Origin: Eledone cirrhosa
Lineage: Eukaryota
DNA length: 64,000 nucleotides
Reading direction: 5' to 3'
Assembly: GCA_964016885.1 (NCBI GenBank)
Contig: OZ024755.1
Location: 21,576,001-21,640,000, forward strand
A program made the translations under genes and the position numbers. The notes beneath the pieces are model-generated. The model ran no database searches and was not told the origin of the DNA. It saw only the letters and a list, made by a program, of their open reading frames with translations. Shown one piece after another: positions 58,131 to 64,000 of this stretch; position 1 is the first letter of the stretch, and each line of letters begins with the position of its first letter.

Positions 58131-58705
58131 GTAACTAAAATGCAATTAAAAAACAATATTTGTCAATGGCTAATTTGAATTTCATTTTCGGTTTTATTCT
58201 AACCTTTTCAATGAAGCATGGCTTTCGTTGTACTTGCTGAAGAAGTCGTGAAAGAAAACCAAGTAAATATAATGATTGTACATTTATTTGCGTAAGAAAT
58301 TAAATTGGTTGGAAATTAGATACAAAAAAAAAAAGTCTGGAAAAAATAGGGAAGATGATGACGGCATATTTAATGCAGGGAACATTAAAACATTGATTGG
58401 AATAATTAGAATTCACCGATTTCTCTAGATATACGGGAAGTCGAGTTGGCAGTGTAATGATGTATTCCTGAAAGACTCGGTAAACATTCAACGGTCTAAT
58501 TAGCTGTAAGTAGGCACCATTGAAAGATACAATTTCCTGAGTAGTGATGGCGCAGTGTATCGTCAGCTCTTTGTTAGATTTCTAACTTAGCTAGGCAATA
58601 AATTTTATATATATATATATATATATATAGTAATAAGAATATTTATATTTATATAAACAATTGTCAGCAATTAAATGTTCTAAACTAAAATATGATCGTT
58701 TTAAC

Positions 58706-59268
<563 letters not shown>

Positions 59269-59443
59269 ATCTATCTATCTAAGGCGGGTAAAATTCCCGA
59301 GATCCATGGACGAGTTCTCTCCAGCGGTCTCTGTCCCTCATTATCGCTGCCATATCCTGCATCTCCAACAGACCAGTGTCTGTCCTTAGGGCATCAACAT
59401 ATGTTAACTAGAAGAGGAAGACCAAGGTGTGTATGTATGTATG

Positions 59444-59511
<68 letters not shown>

Positions 59512-59990
59512 CGACACCAATACTTGACTGATTTATATTCTATCGATCTGGATGGGATATAAATAAGGTTGTATTCACAAATAAAGAAATAAAAAGGAGG
59601 AGATGGTGTGTGTGTGATAAATTGTTGTTTGATAAGTGGGATAGTGTTGATAATGTTGATGATTTTTGTGGCTACTTCCAGATTGAAGAAATCGATAAAG
59701 AGGGAGAAATATATATATTTATTTATTTTAAAATGAAACAAGTGAAACAAAGTAAAAAACAAAGTAAAAAACGTTATTTTTAGACGCTAGGTAGATTTAA
59801 ATATCTACCTAACGTCTAAAAAAAACGTTTTTTTCAGCCTTATACCTCAACCTCATTTGCATACTAATCTTAATAATTTGAAATATTTGACTTTTCTTCT
59901 CTTTCCCTTCTTTCCTTTACTATCCAGGAATAACTTGAACCGTTAAGATCCTATTCCTGGTTATGTCAACATTTATAAAACAAACTTTGT

Positions 59991-60049
59991 ATTTTATCTG
60001 AAGAGAGCGTACCAAAGTTTTGGCACCCTTGAAATATATATAATAGAAT
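59991..60049 (+). ncRNA. Type I minimal hammerhead ribozyme
   Basis: ATTTTAT-CTGAAGA-GAG...CTT-GAAA-TATATA-TA-ATAGAAT, with downstream sequence homologous to 13940-14070. Confidence 0.6.
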
Positions 60050-60186
60050 AAATATGGTTTTATAAATATAGTTTCCATTTATTTAATATCATTGAATATT
60101 ATACTCCAGAAAATCTGTTGAGTGCTCTGAATCAGTTATAAACATTTATATTTGTTGAATTACCAACAAATTAAATATCCTTTTTG

Positions 60187-60239
<53 letters not shown>

Positions 60240-60606
60240 TATCTATCGGTCGCAACTCCAGGTAGAAGGAGCAACGTGAAATAAAGTGTCTTGCTCAAGG
60301 ACATAACGCATTGCCTGGTCCAGGAATCAAACTGACAACCTCACGATTGCGAATCCAGTTCTCTAACCAATCAGCCACACGCCTTCAATATGTAAACTAA
60401 ACGACTAGAAAAATTACCGATTGTCCAATCAACATGCTTATTACACACACACACACACTTATTATCCCCACCCCTCGCGATTACCCCCCCCCCCCCACAC
60501 CTAATTATTTGGGACCCGAGAGAAATGGTTATAATAATATTGTCATTGATTGTTGTTTATTTAAAATAGTGGTTAAAATAATATTGTCACTGGTTTCTGT
60601 TTACAG

Positions 60607-60757
60607 GCTTCTGAGGATGCAGCATCGAATACGACTCCATGTCTGTCTTATTGCATCATTTATCTTCACGGCAATCTTTCAGATTCTGTGGACTTTCTTA
60701 GTACATCATGACCAGTTTCTCAATGTTACAGAAGATACTGCACTACATAAAAATACA
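60607..60757 (+). CDS. Class B GPCR exon (ICL1-TM2-ECL1)
   Basis: TTTACAG acceptor in phase 2. Translates (R)LLRMQHRIRLHVCLIASFIFTAIFQILW..., with the class B R..LH motif. Phase-0 GTAAGC donor. No TM3 exon was recognised before the window ends. Confidence 0.9.
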
Positions 60758-61057
60758 GTAAGCTAATAAAAAAAAAATTATTGATTTCTTCATGTCTTAC
60801 ATATTTGTATCCAAACTTCTATCTGCTCAAATCGTTCTAATCTTTATTGATATTCCAAGTTAGGATTAGCCAGTGCTGGACTTACCTATAAGCTAAAGCT
60901 TAGAGTTACACACCCTCAAAGGTCTGATTTTTAAAAAATATATTTTTATATTATCATTAGTTTCCCTTGGACTGGGTGCTCAGTCCAAGGGACGAGTTAA
61001 GTAGAAGTGGTTACACCACAGTTAGTTCACCATACCGAGAACAATTGTTTCGGGATC

Positions 61058-61097
61058 CCGAGCTGAAGATCCGGTAAGGTGAAACAATTGTTCTCGG
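61058..61097 (+). ncRNA. Type I minimal hammerhead ribozyme, intact core, within a foldback (61003-61125)
   Basis: CCGAG-CTGAAGA-TCCggtaaGGT-GAAA-CAATTG-TT-CTCGG. Stem I is perfect and stem III palindromic. The same family at 7724-7803 reads CCGAGCTGAGGATCC..GAAAC on minus. Confidence 0.72.
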
Positions 61098-61121
61098 TAT
61101 GGTGAACTGTTGTGTAACCAC

Positions 61122-61159
<38 letters not shown>

Positions 61160-61164
<5 letters not shown>

Positions 61165-62422
61165 CCACACACACCACCACCCTCTCCCCCAACTTTTCAC
61201 ACTAACCCACCTCCTCTCCTGTCCACCGCACCTCCGCACACATACAGACTATCCCTGCCAACTACCACTCGCCTGTCTGTCATCCTCCTAACTGCTATCT
61301 CCCCTCTCTCTCACATCTTTCGCCCTGCCTTCTCCACCGCCTGCCTTGACCTTCTTGACCATTTCTTGTAGCGCACGCACCCCACAACTCTCTACTTCCT
61401 CCGCACCATTCCACGGATTCTACACCACTGGTCACACACTCTAGACATCCACCTTTTTATACACGGATTTTTTCACCATCTGTCCACACACTCACCGGGA
61501 AAACATTCAGGAACACACACACACACACACAAACACTTTCACTATTTTCGCACACACGCAACCATACATTCCCACCTATCCACACCACACAAAAACACAC
61601 ACACGTGCATATCCTCACATACACATACTCGGCCCTCGGACTCCGCACGCCTCCCCCCCTCTTCCCCACTCCCTCCGACTTCTCTCCATCTACACGCACA
61701 CACAGACATTTACTTACACCCCACCCGATGTACACATCATCATCACCATCACTCGTCGACTACTGTCGAGATGATGGATCTCACTCTCATGCCCCAAAAT
61801 CCCCTGTCCCCCATCGCTGCCCCCAGGTCCTGTCTGCTGATTCCCGTATCCCTAGAGATAACGTCAGGGAATGACAGCTTCCTACTCCTAGTCAGGCTGG
61901 AGTCAGGGTTCCAGAGCAAAAGAGTGGATATGATTTCATTGCTGGCACGGTTACACACTGGTTATCCTACTACCCGAACATGGAACCTCGTTCTTCCCCA
62001 AACTCTCACTCACATCCACACATGCACACACACACACACGTACACCTACACACGTACACCTACACACATACACACACACCACCTTCCGCCCTCCCGCTCG
62101 AACCCCCTGTTTCCTTCTCCCCTCTCCCCCTCCATCCACCCACCATCACCTCTACACGCCTCGCACCCTTTCACCACTTGTTTTCATTTTTATTTTTTTA
62201 CTCTCATTTTAATTTTTTTTCCTTTCCTTTAATCCCCACCCCCTTTTAATGTCTTTCCACCACTCACCCTCACACCCTCGGAACTCTTTTCCTTCCCACT
62301 TTTCTCCTGATGAAGGGCCTATGTCCGAAACGTCGTCCCCCACCCCCCGCTCTCAAGCGTGGACCTAATACCAACAGTTTGTACTGCATTCTTCGTTAGT
62401 TTTTGTTTTTTGTTTTTAACAC

Positions 62423-62425
<3 letters not shown>
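61160..62425 (+). mobile_element. Possible decayed Penelope-like element 3' portion ending in a hammerhead
   Basis: C-rich 1.2-kb insert between (TA)n tracts, with CTGATGA-AGGGCctatGTCC-GAAA-CG-TC at 62307-62334 about 90 nt before (TA)n. Resemblance to a GIY-YIG C-terminus is weak. Confidence 0.45.
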
Positions 62426-62486
<61 letters not shown>

Positions 62487-63550
62487 CTGTTTCTACTTTA
62501 GGCACAAGGCCAGCAATTACCCAGTGCATTACTGGTACTTTATTTTATCGACCCCCGTAAGGATGAAAGTCAAAGTCAAACAGTCTATGATATATTAACA
62601 TTGAACTCACCCTTGGATGCCATGACAGTATTGTAAAATTAACAAATTTCTTTGACGATTAATACTGGTTTCAATTATTAGTGCGGAAGTTCAACTCCCG
62701 CCGAGGTTAACTTTGCCTTTCATCATTAAGGGGTCGAAAAATAAAGTACCAGAACGCACTAGAGTCTATTTAATTGACCCCCACCCTCCCAAAAATTGTT
62801 GGCCTTGTGTCTAAATTAGAAACTGTTTTTAGTACGGAGAAACCTCATTGACATTGTGATATTGCACTCAGTTTATTTAAGTAAACTCGTAATTGCATGC
62901 TACTCTTTATATCCAGAAGCTGTGTTCAGTGTCGTGGAATTAGTAACCAACTTAAATAGTCTTAATCACATGTGAATATGCAAAACTTTTACGATGCTAG
63001 AATAATATAAGCATAATTATGAAGTTAAAGCTCGCAGGTACGAATTCGTTTCCTGCTTTTCATCATTCGAGAATTGTGCCTAATCTCATTTGAAATATTT
63101 CTGTAACAGTTGTCGAACCACAATCTTTATGAATAGAATCTGGAATATTATTCACGTTATGTGGAAGATGAGAGATTTGTATCGTCTGCTTAATACCATG
63201 TTAACTTGAGACAAGCAGCAACACAGAAGGTGGTGGAATATCCGTGGAAGGACATCCTATGTTGTCACTTAAGGTCACATGGGACTGAAAAATCCGTGTG
63301 TCAAACGAAGACTAGTAACGCTCAAATAGAGGTGTTTTTTTTTAGCTGAATACCTATCCATTGTATAAATAATGGGCGCTGCCTTATCTCACTTGTGCTG
63401 ATTTAAATCATGTATAGATTTAAAGACAGTCAGACTGATTTTCCCTAGGTACGTAGATAAGGTCATCCGCCATGAACCAACAACCAATTAGATTTGGGTT
63501 CGGGGGCTCACTCTATTAACTATATATCTTTGACCCTCGACTGTATACTA

Positions 63551-63608
<58 letters not shown>

Positions 63609-63717
63609 ATAATAGTAATAATAATAATAATAAAATTGAAGACTAAAATCCAAAGAGGGCTCGTTAAGGGTGAAAGCAGCGATTCTTTGCTTAAACTTTA
63701 ATCTGTTATTTTAATAA

Positions 63718-63766
<49 letters not shown>

Positions 63767-64000
63767 AAATATAATTGTTTTTACTTTTGGCCCAAGGCCA
63801 GCAATTACGCAGTACATTACTGGTTCTTTATTTTATCGACCCCGTAAGGATGAAAGGCAAAGTTAACCTCGGCGGGATTTGAACTCATACCATAAATGGC
63901 CGTAACTCTATGCTGCAAAGCAAAGCGTCCGACCCTCTACCGATACTGCCAATCCACCGATATAATATAATATAATTGTAAACGATATGCGAGGATATAT

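Noticed and set aside
60758-64000. Next GPCR exon (TM3)
   Set aside because: Candidate acceptors near 62916 and 63108 run into stops and lack the WM..EG motif. The exon is presumably beyond the window.

Overview
AT-rich animal genomic DNA saturated with microsatellites. The repeat landscape suggests an octopod cephalopod (inference). It holds four spliceable + strand exons of a class B (secretin-family) GPCR (about 47.5-60.8 kb, continuing past the window), a full-length frameshifted Tigger/pogo transposon (93-2622), pogo, mariner and Tc1 relics, Tx1/L1, RTE, CR1 and R4/Dong-like LINE fragments, several tRNA-derived SINE families and five minisatellite arrays. The most striking unannotated signal is a population of short elements from more than 10 apparently unrelated sequence families embedded in (TA)n or (CA)n tracts. 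Most carry a type I hammerhead-ribozyme motif (CUGANGA...GAAA...NUH) about 35-150 nt upstream of the microsatellite, and many form asymmetric head-to-head foldbacks. This fits microsatellite-targeted Penelope-like or retrozyme-like retroelement ends. All motifs and coordinates were read by eye; no searches or folding programs were run.
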